A stretch of DNA of 62,901 bases, the filler included, from Catajapyx aquilonaris (lineage: Eukaryota): the NCBI GenBank assembly GCA_000934665.2. It is 4 parts of 4 records of this genome, joined end to end, with 100 filler letters (N's around TTAATTAATTAA, not from the genome) between each part and the next. Parts side by side here need not be neighbours in the genome. Positions count along the whole stretch, not along the records: positions 15,738 to 31,373 come from JYFJ02007441.1; positions 31,474 to 47,102 come from JYFJ02007442.1; 2 more parts are not named here. One strand, written 5' to 3'. Positions 28,273 to 39,429 of this stretch are shown piece by piece. Each line of letters opens with the position of its first letter. Positions within the stretch are counted from its first letter, which is position 1. Below the pieces are notes generated by a model. The model did no database searches and had not been told where the DNA came from. It saw nothing but the letters and a program-made list of their open reading frames with translations. The position numbers were made by a program, and so were the translations under genes.

Positions 28273-29562
28273 ATTTAGAAGAAAACTGGTTCTGGGCCGA
28301 ATTTATTGAGGGTGGGGGTGTTTTCCACTTATGAAAGAAATACACGAAGAACATCAGTCGGAGGCACCAGAAGGGGTGTTGCTGGGTGACATGCGCGAGC
28401 ACCTACAATGTCTGAGCAATTCCTTCGCGAAATCTGCTCCAATGGCTCAGGAGGTAACAGGTAACACAAAGGAGCAGTATGACTGGGTGATCAATTCATT
28501 TGCTATTACTTCAAAACCAACCTGCCTGACATCAACTGTATATGAATTCCTCGTTACTGTCATTAGTCATTAGCCATTACGTCAGACTCCACTTTGAAAA
28601 TTGCCTTCCAAAGTAAGACTTGTTCAAAATTTTGGCTAAATTGAAAAGACGAATTTAAACCACTGGGCAATTTTTTAAAAATCTTTCCCGTTTGCCACTT
28701 TTGGGAAAGATTTGGTAACCCACCCGCGTTTGTGAATGGAAATTATGGAACTGTAATGGACGTATTGTACCTTTACAAAATAATGAGTGCTTGGACATTG
28801 ACCTAGCTTCTTTCCAACCTAATCATATCCGGATACATTGAAGGCGAGTTTTATCAACTCACATGTGCAGAATATCTAGAGACAATATCCCCGATTATGT
28901 CGGATTGTGTATAGCCTACTGACTACACCTATCATGACGATATAGCTTGCAGTGGCCAAAAAATTGCTGTCAGGTTCTCAAGTCCCTGGGGCCAGGGGGA
29001 AGTGGCGGGCGTGTAAATATTGCTGAAGTATTCTGTAGACGCTCTGCTTATTTTGGCCCCAATATTGTACTGTACTGTACTGTACTGTACTGTACCTATC
29101 AAAAAATTTTCACATGAGAGTGCTGGGATAGGTTTTTTCCCCGTCAACTGTCGTAATTTTTTTAGTGCAAGTAGTTGTTTGTCAAGTTAGATGAACGAGT
29201 GAAACTCAGTTTTCTATATCGAATCTGCTATAGATTTTTTTTAATCCGTATAAAAATCCGTACTTGAAATTCGCAAATGCAAAAAATTTCTATTTTCTAT
29301 TTAAAAAAAGTATGCGCTAGGAATCTGGGAAATTTTTTGACGTGCCTTTTACAGGAATTGTTGTAGGGATTTTTAGGTTTGCATATGGTTCACTAACATT
29401 CATGTTTAATGAAATCGATGATTGCGCAATGCTGGTGACACATATTCAAGCTCTTTCAAGTGCAGTAAGACAATGAGAACCCTTGATATGAGACGCGTTA
29501 AATTGAGTTAATTTTGCTTTTAGTGAACTGTTGGTAACTATAAAAATAGTATCAGTCATAAT

Positions 29563-31145
29563 TAGAGGCGTAACTAGGGTATGACAAGTATGGCATGTGC
29601 CCTGGGCGCCACTTGAAGGGGGCGCCACTGAGAACTCTCTGTTAAAGTCAATGAGCTATCTTCGGATGGTGAAAATAGAATTTTCTTTAGATGTATGATC
29701 TTTACACAGCACATTTTTGTCCACGGGTATTCATGGCATTTCCATGATCCTTAGGGCACTCGTAACTCATAATAACCATTCATTTTTTCTGAACATTTTT
29801 TAAAGCTTGGGGCAGTCAGAAAACCAAAGTCCTCAAAATATATTCGGTCAAGTTTCAGGCATATTGCGCAATACCGTGGGAAGAAAAGAAATCGCGAAAT
29901 TTTGGAAGGGGCTGAAAATTAGGCCTTTTATGTAATATTTTTTAAGGTTAGTGGAAATAGTCAAAACCATGGTCAAAACCCAATCAACATATATACATCA
30001 AAGGAAAGAGAAATACGAGGAGAATGCGCCTGTGGAATTTGATTTCCTCTGAAATGTAACCAGAAAAATGTGCGCGGCATTCCATTGGTCACATGCTTAG
30101 TCGCATGTCCAAATAATTTGACCCCAACAATTAGCGATATATTTGCGTAAGAGCAGCCATCTTTGGTGACAGGAGTTGTGCCCCACACAAGGTTTACTAT
30201 GTTCAGTTTTAAGTCTGGTTAGTGCATGGCTCGCAAGAAAATATTCGCAGATTTACCCACTCAATTTCGGGGACCCAAATTCGTGGACATGCGACCGACG
30301 GAATGCCACACCCATTATTCTGGTTACATTTTTAAGGAAAACTAATTCCATAGGAGCATTCTCCTCGTCTTTCTCTTTCATTTGATATAATTATATTATG
30401 TTTATTGGGCTTTGACCACTTCCACGAACCGACAAAATTATCCAAAAAGGCCTCACTTCAGACCCTTTCCAAACATTCGCGATTTTTCCCCTCCTTACTG
30501 TATTGCAAAATATCGCTGAAACTAGATATTAAGCATCATGAAATAGGCTGGCATAGGTGTGTATAGCATGCTGTGATTTTTTTTCCATCAAAATCCGAGA
30601 TGGGCTAGCAGAATTTCGGCTCATTTGATTCGGAATGACACCAATATTTCGAGGACTTTGGTTTTTGGAATGCCCATATATGTCAAAAACAAAGGTAGTC
30701 AGACAAAATGAAATGTCATTATAATTATGAATTACCAGTGGCCTAAGGAACAATGAAAATGATGTCCCATGGACAAAATAATATCGTGTTGCATATAGCG
30801 TTATGGGTGAGAAGCACTATGATGGATCAAGGCAGCAGACTCTGAATGATCCTGCTCTGCTGAGTGTAGAAAGAGAAGAAACTGACAAACACGGACTTTG
30901 ATCACATCATAGACCAAATTGCATCAGTGAAAGCATGCTTTCACTGATGCAATGAAGAAGCGGATGTAATTTTTATGAGTAGCATAACTTGTCAATTAAA
31001 AGATTAATGAACTTTTGACTGGGATATTTGCGCCGATTTAATGTTAAAGTTATCTGAAAGATGGGTTTCAGATGTGTGGACAGGGGCGCAATTTCAGTGC
31101 ATGCCACATGCGCTATTTGCCGTATAGATATAGCCTACGCCTCTG
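29563..31145 (+). mobile_element. Deleted hAT (Tip100/ZMYM1-like) element containing an internal inverted-repeat element (about 29850-30525)
   Basis: (T/C)AGAGGCGTA...TACGCCTCTG termini; TSD GTCATAAT/GTCATCAT (7/8 match); hAT dimerisation remnant RLNDPALLSVERE...HIIDQIASVKA at about 30820-30940. Confidence 0.75.
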
Positions 31146-31373
31146 GTCATCATACCATTACACTGTCCTGCATATCATGCAAGTGGCGTGGAAAGGATCA
31201 GGAGGTACTATATACGACATATAGTTTCATACACCCCGCAAACGAGCTTTATCCTGGCTATCCTAAGCAACCCACACGGCATGATAACAGAGTCGAGTCA
31301 GCGGCAACAGGGCTTGGGGGGTGTTGCCCGGCTACGGAACCAGGTGGGGGTCGCTGGGCTGACCTTGCGTACC

Positions 31374-31473
31374 NNNNNNNNNNNNNNNNNNNNNNNNNNN
31401 NNNNNNNNNNNNNNNNNTTAATTAATTAANNNNNNNNNNNNNNNNNNNNNNNNNNNNNNNNNNNNNNNNNNNN
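31374..31473. other. Artificial scaffold spacer
   Basis: 44N-TTAATTAATTAA-44N. Confidence 0.95.
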
Positions 31474-31885
31474 ATGATCTAGTTTTCCATTCGATTTGGC
31501 TGAAAATGGGATATGTTGCAGCCCAGACCATCCTGATCAATGTTGGATAGGGACATTTCGAAGTAGGACCTCCAGGGAGCATGCTAATTGCTATTCATCG
31601 AAGAGGCTAGAAGACTGCTGTGAGAGAAACCTCGCTTCCTTACATTGACCCAATGAATGTTGAAGTGCAGCTGGAGGAATGCAATAACCATTGAGTTCCT
31701 GAGTCTTATTGTAGTCTACTACTCCCCCTATTACCTTCGGAGGTCATTAGCATGCTCCCTGTAGGTCCTACCTCGAAATGTCTCTATCCAACATTGATCA
31801 GGATGGTCTGGGCTAGAACATATCCCATTTTCAGGCAAATCGAACGGAAGGCCACTCGCCCATATATTTTGTGCCTCATCCTTTG
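31474..31885. mobile_element. Partial copy of the fold-back element at 39755-40550
   Basis: Near-identical to about 39930-40550 with internal deletions; both end at GTGCCTCATCCTTTG. Confidence 0.8.
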
Positions 31886-34014
31886 AAAACCCAGTGGTGA
31901 CTCCATTACAGGAACATCAGCTTCAGGGTCGTGGCTGAAAGTGGTGTGAAGCGGAGTCGGAGTGATTATGATAATCATTGTGAATATTTCAGTCACGTAT
32001 CATAACAGCATTACCAGCATAACTGGTATTTTTATGTATAGAGTCTTCATTTACCTGGGTCCCGCCACGGGTTCATCCGGCACGTACATCTTGGAGCAGG
32101 AACCTATGTAGTCTGACTTCCAGATGACTGCCTTGACAAAGAACGCGTACGGGAGGAAGCACGACTCACTGTGGTGCCTTGTGTAGCTTAGAGATGGATT
32201 TGTCTGAGTACGAAAGATATCCCAGGCCAACTAGAGCTGTTCACGCTGGATTTGTCGGGTTATGGATGATTCGATGGATTTGTCGGTTTTAGAAACATAG
32301 AATATGAACTTCCTGCCTGCATTTGTCGGGTTTTGCATGATCGGCCACTTTTCTTCAGGCCATTACAGCCGCATTTGTTGATGTTTGCTGAATATTTGTC
32401 GTTACGTGATGAAACACATCTTGAAGAACATATTTCCACCCTTAACTCATTTTTTTTGGAAATTGGATTTGTCGGGTTTTGGAAGAAGGTGCCTCAAGTA
32501 GAAGTGTGAAATCCGAAAGCACCAAAACTGCCTAGAGTTGGTGCTAGAAATTTAGAGTAGAGTTACTTTGGATTTATTTTTAATAATTTTTTTTGTTTCT
32601 GTGAAACCAAAGGTCGTTCGTCCATTTACCCAATCACTTTTGGCGATGCAATGGCTGCAGTTTGATTGGGTATCTGCTTTCTTACTGAAAAAATGCAAGG
32701 TGTTGTTTTATTGGATTTGTAACCTTTCTCTCCCATTGTGCATAATTTCTATCATCTCACTTCCACTCTGCTTCCTCCTCATCCTAGACGTCCAAGGACA
32801 CTGGACACATTCAAGAGTCAGTAACCACAAGGGGAAGAGAAATGAAAATATTCAGTAGGGGGAATGTGATGGACTACTGGCTCCAGATCTAATTGGCAAT
32901 CTCTCACGTAGATGTTAGGCTTAGAATATTTTTTCATGTCTGCGTGAGGCCTTCAGGAAGCTAGTGAATGCTTCTGTTTTAAACCATTTACAGTGATGAA
33001 TTGCCAGGAAAACCAGAGAATTTGCTGGCATCCTTAAGAGCTGCTTTAGACTGGGCTTGGTTATGATTTTTTAAATATTTAGAATAAACAGTATAGATGT
33101 TGATCACTGTAAATGGAATGAGAAAATGCATTTGCATTCTGCTTACCTTTCTACGATGTTTACATGGGCCACATATAGATCTTGTGTAATAAGCGCAGTG
33201 TGGAGTGCAAGATGTATTCTGTAATCATGAGCACAGTTATTATTATTACTTGCTACATAACAGTAAAAGTGTCAGCCAGCCTGCAAAATCTAATAGTAGA
33301 GGAAGAAAACAGAATAAACGTGGAGTGACCACAAAAACGCAATAAGCCATATTTGGCTGAATGTATATTGAACCTTATTGATGTTGAAACTAATCAGATT
33401 GTAGATTGTTAGTTGTAATGGTAATTTTCGTAAAGTAGAAAATTCGCAAGACTGAATTGTTTCTTTCAAAATGCAAAGCTCATTCTCCTAGTAGCTTATC
33501 AAAAAGCAACAGCTGCCAAGTAGCCACTAGCCCTCCAAATCATATGTGCCCAAGTATAAGTACCAAGCCACTGATGTCATGGGTATTGATGACGTTCATA
33601 AATTACATCATGCAGCTGTATGATACTTAATTACCTTGCAACTTACAAGGGGAAATGGAGATGTCAACACAGTGGGAACAATGCTATCTGGATCAGTGCT
33701 ATTGCTCACTTCAATACACATACCAGCTTGTGTGAGATGCCTTTCAACTGGGATGGGTTTGTCTATTTGGATTTTGAGTCTCATGTAGTGATAAGGAGAC
33801 AAGAATGAAACTCGGATGACATTTTGAGGGCGTACCAACCATCTCTGTTATTGTAGGAGGTCCTTTGCCTTATCCTAGATGTTTGACTTTCCAGAAGTGC
33901 TTCTAGTGCCTTGGAAATTGCAAAAATTGGTGCCAAGCGTGCCAAAGAATTGACTGCTGATGCCATCCTGCTTTTAAATTGCAGATTGATATGATTTTCT
34001 TAAAAGTTGGGCTT

Positions 34015-34415
34015 GGATGATGATGATGATGATGATGATGATTATTATTATTATTATTATTGTTATTGTTATTGTTATTGTTATTGTTATTATTATTATT
34101 ATCCCACGGGGGGAGCTATCTACTCCTTAGGGGGGGTGGAATTACCACCATCGGGATTTGTTGGAGCAAGTTAAGAAGGATCTTATTAGTTTACTCCAAG
34201 GGTAGGTGGGAGGGGATGTGCAAAGTGCATGTGTGCTGTCGTTGAGTGGTCATTTTGCGAACTCCCCCGGGTGGATTAGTCTTTAGGAAATTTCCACCCG
34301 AAATGAAGCCAGAGATGGCCCAACTCGGCACGGATGAAGGTGGGAACCCCGGGTGGGGATTGAACCCGGGACCTTCATATCCGTGGGCGCACGCGGGGCG
34401 CCACTTCATCTCCCC
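34015..34415 (-). mobile_element. tRNA-derived SINE with microsatellite tail
   Basis: Minus-strand B-box-like GGTTCAATCCCC near 34365; 3' end shared with 44992 and 56642; (TAA)/(TAACAA)/(CAT) tail at 34015-34100. Confidence 0.65.
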
Positions 34416-34556
34416 TGTTGGGCTTGGAATTTATTGAATGCACCTTTAGATCAGATTCCACAGCATGGAAAGTTGCAGTTTTGCAGAGTATTTTATAGTC
34501 TGAAGCATAATGAGCTCAGAAAGTAACTGTCATTCATGACTCTCTTTATTTTCCAG

Positions 34557-36352
34557 CGTCGACCTGGTGTCAAACAAGATAGTGTTGAAAAGCACTACCA
34601 AGATGTCACTACATGAACGGTGAGGGGGTGTTTCCTGCCAAAGTGCCAAAGGAACCAAGGGGGCAATATTCCTTGTAGCTGTGGCACTTGGATGATGATG
34701 GGAGAACCCCATTTGTTTTCAAGCACATTATTAATGTGCCACATTATGGCTGCAGCAGATTGCCAAAGAGCATGCCCAAATGCCTGCAACCCACCTAGTG
34801 AAAGAGTTAATGATTTCAAGGTGGAGGCTTGACTTCAGCCAAACTGAACATGATGTTAAGTGAAAGAAAATGGTTTGGCTTCAACTTATGATGATGAGAT
34901 GTGCTAAGATTCTACTGATTATTTCATATCTGGTGTTCACATAAATCTGATCTTTGACATGTTAGCTTTTGGCATTCAATAGAACTAAAATTATGTGTGT
35001 GGATTTAGCAATTAGGTCAGGAAGCAATTTGTTTGGTCCCTCATAAGAGTCATCTTAAAGTTACTGGGCAGTGGTCATGATTGGTTGTTTCTACCAAGTA
35101 GGGAAAAATCCTTCCTCTCCTGTAACAGTTTTTATGCTGATAAAATTTTTGCTATTCAAACATATTTTACATTACAAAGCAAGTGAACATAGGTTTTTTA
35201 AAATTAAAAGGAGGAAAGGACAGTATGGAGTGTTTCAGGAGCATTATTCCAAGCAATGCCATGTATAAATTAAGTGCAAACCTAACACAATGTGTTTAAG
35301 CCTCTCTTTCCTGTCTGCCATCTTGTATTAGATACTGATATTTGGAAAATTCTCTGGTACTCTTAGCAGTCTTTTATACAATTTCCTTTCTGCGTGTGAA
35401 TTTCCTGTGAGGAGGGTAAAGAGAGTACTGTGAAAAGAATATGATGACACGAGGGCACAACAGAGTCATAATGGGCATGCTAAGAGAGGCCACAGGACAT
35501 GAAGCTGCACTACCAAACTGCAGAATTATCACTTGGTTAACAACAAGATTCTGCAAAGCAGCATGATGATTGATCCAATAAATGAAAATTATATCTAGTC
35601 TCCAGCAGCAGGGCGATCAAGTTAATGCTATTTATCACGTAGCTTAGGTACATAACATGCAGCGAATATGCAAAATCCAGATAATAAGTACCATGTTGTT
35701 GGCACTATGAAGAAAGCCCAGTTACGGAGCATGTTAATGCCAATGTGGATCGTCCCAATAGATTTTCAAAGTTGCGAAGGCCGATGGAGAATCCGCAGCG
35801 GGACACACGCCAGAATGTGACGGACCAGTATCTTCCATTGCCCAGCTATCAGCGTTTCATTACCCATGCCGAACCTCAGATGGCTGCATCAACATCTGGG
35901 ATCAGAAAGGTTAAACAAGTTTTTTTTCAATGGGTGTTGCATGAGAATTCTTGTAACTTGAATTTTTCTTTCAGCTAAGTATTGCAGAGCGCCTTGGCCG
36001 CCATCCCAATCAGAACCGATTGGATTGGTTGCAGAATCGTGGCCGTCGAGGATTCGGTGGGCGAGGTCTGGGTGGCAGAGGTCTGGGCGGCGGCAGAGGA
36101 CTGGGTGCACGAGGACTGAGTACCAGAGGACTGAGTACCAGAGGACTGAGTACCAGAGGACTGAGTACCAGAGGTCTTGGTGGCAGAGGACAAGGTCGTG
36201 GGCGAGGAGCACGTGGCAGAGTAGTAGTTGGTAAGGTTTGAGCTGCTATTACCTTGCCCAGAGAGCACCTGTCCATTTTGGCATTAACAGAGGATTCGCA
36301 GAGGACAAGGCTGTCCAGAATTGAGCAACCATTCATATCTGAAAAAATCTAG
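34557..36352 (+). CDS. CHTOP: CHTOP/Fop (chromatin target of PRMT1)-like RG-rich protein; start and 3' end atypical, possibly a decaying paralogue
   Basis: Exon 34557-34619 encodes VDLVSNKIVLKSTTKMSLHE-R (recalled CHTOP motif KVVLKSTTKMSLNERF). Phase-2 splice to 35762-35909 (RFSKLRRP...), then 35975-36230 (LSIAERLG + RG/RGG-rich), then tentative 36291-36352. GT-AG introns of 1142, 65 and 60 nt. Confidence 0.75.
36111..36172 (+). repeat. 15-bp in-frame tandem repeat (GAGGACTGAGTACCA)x4 encoding RGLST
   Basis: Directly visible within the RG-rich exon. Confidence 0.9.
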
Positions 36353-37029
36353 CATACTCATTTCCACTCTCTCCTCTCACTTCATCTTAAAATGTGGCAG
36401 TGAGATGCAAGCATCTTTGGAAAGAACACTTTGTGACATTTCCAATTTTACATGCATTTATTTTTATTTATTTAATTACATCCCAGTTGAGCATTGCTCT
36501 CTCTGAAAGGTTGGGCTAATGGGTCATCTGGAACAGTGGGAAAATTGGAAAGGAAGCTAGCATGCAATGATCCAGTAAATGGGCAATAATAGAAACCAAA
36601 CAGCAGCCTTTTTTTTGAGGGTCACCATTCTTTTGAGTGACGAAGTGTATTCTGAGAAAAATTCTAGTTTTGGCAAGGGCCCAACTCCACAAGGTGAATT
36701 TTTTCAGGAGAGACTAAAAACTGCATATATGCGTAATTGATCCATTCGAGTTTCTTGGTTTATGATTCTCATAGGGCACCATTATACACACCTAGTGGCA
36801 TAGACATCATCTACTGGAAAGCAATAGGTCAGAGTATTGAAGGTCAAAATCAGTGGAGTTGGGCCCTTTGGCAAGTGACCCCCTGCACCAACATTTCATG
36901 TTGCAAATTTCAGTGGTACGTACCTATTACGTACCACTTTATGAATATGTCTTCGTAAAGTAGTACTACAAAGAAAGGCGTGACCAGTTTTACTTCCATC
37001 CTATGTTAATTATTATTAACATGAATCTC

Positions 37030-37585
37030 ACAACCAAAGTAACTCTTCTTACCCTCCTGAATTTTGAAATTTTTTGGATTTTCTCATTCTGCTTTAACAT
37101 CACCTCCGCTGCTAATTTCCACGTTAGCAGGGTGAAAATACAGCCAAAAGGCGATGTTCCGAAGCCACAACACCTGCATCCGGTCACGAGTCGCTGGTCC
37201 CGGCTGCCCGGTCGCCTTTCACCACATCTGTAGCACTCTCCGATGCCGCGAAGGAGAAGGGTCATCTCGCACGCTTTGAAGGCAATTATAATAATGGAGA
37301 GCGTTCGAAGTCCTGGCTCTCCATTATTATAATCGCCTTTGACTCTTTCGCGGCACTAGAGACGCGGTGAAAGGCGACCGCGATCGGGCAGCTGGGACCG
37401 GCGACTCGCGACAGGATGCAGGTGTTGCAGCTTCGGAACATCACATTTTGGCTGTATTTTCACCCTGCTAACGTGGAAATTAGCAGCAGAGGTGATGTTT
37501 TCTCAACACTATAGACCAAGCAGAATGAGAAAATCCAAAAAATTTCAAAATTCAGGAGAGTTGTAAGAAGAGTTACTTTGGTTGT
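37030..37585. mobile_element. Fold-back element with ~270-bp arms
   Basis: ACAACCAAAGTAACTCTTCTTAC / GTAAGAAGAGTTACTTTGGTTGT; centre ATTATAATAATGGAGAGC...GCTCTCCATTATTATAAT. Confidence 0.82.
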
Positions 37586-37802
37586 CAGTCTGATTTACAT
37601 CCAGTCAGTTGCCAAAGGGCCCAACTCCAGTAGTGAGCAATGGACTGCAAATCATCATATTAATTTTTAAGGCACTTCTGATTGAATTTGGCTTTTCATC
37701 TTCACCAGGGCTGTGAGGCCCGACTTCAAGAGTAGGAATCCACAATAAAATGTATTTTGGGAGTTGGGCCCTTTGGCAAGTGACGTCTTCAATTAGATAA
37801 TT

Positions 37803-38051
37803 GAGGCACTCAGAGGAAGAACTGCATATCCCAACCGCAGTTCGTTTTGAGAAAAGTGGCTTTTTGTGTTTTGGTTTACCGTGCAGCAAAAGCTACTGAC
37901 AAATTTTACAAGTGGAATATGTGAGCTTTGGCATGGCCCAATTCTATTGGTACTTCAGCACATGAAAGGTGGATGGAAGGAGAGTATAACAGCACTACAA
38001 ACTCAAAATTGGAGGTCTGTTGGGATATGCCGTTATTCCTCTGAGCGCTTC
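37803..38051. mobile_element. MITE with AATT TSD (Sola-like)
   Basis: AATT|GAGGCACTCAGAGGAA...TTCCTCTGAGCGCTTC|AATT. Confidence 0.55.
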
Positions 38052-38183
38052 AATTGTGTATGGGCAAGAGGCAAGCTTGCATGAAGAAATGATTCCAGCC
38101 AAGCCAAGGCAAGGCAAGGGCTGCATTTGATCAGGTTTTAATGGGCTTATCTAGTTGAATGGTGTTATCCATGTAAGTTCTTA

Positions 38184-39320
38184 GGGCCGATTTCTCGAAC
38201 AGTGGTTCAAGTCAGTTTGAACTGAGTTTGCGCTACACGCTGGATGCAGTTTAAACTCCCCTTCCGAGTGTGCGTATTTCTCGAGCTTAAACAAACCCTC
38301 GGTTACTATGTGAACGACAAGACTCTGTTAAAATTGCGCCATTGCCACATGTCGCGTCCTCCCCATTTCCCCGAACCGGTCTGAGCTTCAGCGCGAGTCT
38401 TTACCGGCTTATAAACAAACTCTAGTCAGCAAGTCTAGAAGTTGGAGTGAGGGACATCGCATTTGAAAGTGACATTTTTTGACTAGTTGCCGATGTTACG
38501 CCGCAAAATGAATTTTTTATGACACTTCTTGGAGGCCAAAAAATTCACGCTGTGGACCCTGGATAGTGCAAATCTTTGTCTTTCTAATGATATATTTGAA
38601 ACTCGGAAATCGCCATTTGTGTAATCATAATTAAGTTCATTGCACACCTCTGTTATCTCGGCCGTTTATAATCCGAATTACTTCGCGAATGTATCGATCG
38701 CAAGCCAGAAATGTGCGTGATAAAATTACATATTGCTCCACTACAAATTTTAAACGTATTTAAAAGTATCGCCGTCTATTCCCGCCAGAAATCGGGCTGA
38801 GTACTTGTCTATTAAACTTACTAAAACAATACTTTTGAAAATTTTAGTGTAATAGAGCACAATGTAATTTTATCACGCACATTTCTGGCTTTCCGTCGAT
38901 ACATTCGCGAAGTAATTAGGATGAGAAACGGCCGAGATAACTGAGGTGTGCAATTAACTTAATTATGATTACACATAGTTGCGATTTTTAAGTTTCAAGT
39001 ATATCGTTAGAAAGACAAAGATTTGCACTATCTATGGTTCACAGGGGGAATTTTTTGGCCTCCGAAAAGTGCCATAAAAACTTATTTTGCGGTGCAACGT
39101 CGGCAACTAGTCAAAAAATGACACCTTTCATTGTTGTTCCCGGCATTCCAAACCCGGTTTATTTCAGATAACGGCTGGCAATCGGGCCGTCAGATGTGAA
39201 CCGAGTTTAAACCGTATCCATGGTTTGTTTTTGCCTCGAGAAATGGAAATTTCTCTGAACTGGGTTCAAACCGGACTTGAACCTTGTTTACATTTGAACC
39301 ACTGTTCAATAAATCGGCCC
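38184..39320. mobile_element. PIF/Harbinger-like MITE with a nested fold-back (about 38470-39123)
   Basis: TTA|GGGCCGATTT..GAACAGTGGTTCAA and TTGAACCACTGTTC..AAATCGGCCC|TTA; 3-bp TTA TSD; ~270-bp inner inverted arms. Confidence 0.82.
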
Positions 39321-39429
39321 TTAGTAACTGCTCTGACTTGCACTCCTAATTGTACAGCTAGGATGTTAACAAGGAACTCATTGTGCCTAGTAATGAATCA
39401 ACCTGCTTATTCAGGTAGGGTTTTCACAG

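Larger units (their letters stand above)
26810..28705 (+). mobile_element. Decayed hAT (Buster/Charlie, ZBED5-like) transposon
   Basis: 5' TIR CAGTGGTTCCGAAACTG at 26810. Remnant motifs LLLHTEV.RWLSRGK (about 27660-27710), WLCKFSYLSDIF, DSTLK..F....FW, with stops and frameshifts. Confidence 0.8.

Noticed and set aside
34888..34950. C/D-box snoRNA candidate (ATGATGA...CTGA...CTGA) in the CHTOP-like intron
   Set aside because: Weak terminal stem and no rRNA/snRNA complement I can recognise; needs snoscan/Infernal.
35889..36336. Minus-strand repetitive ORFs (YSVLW, SSGTQ, LSPLV repeats)
   Set aside because: Antisense shadows of the RG-rich + strand exon, which has splice sites and homology support.
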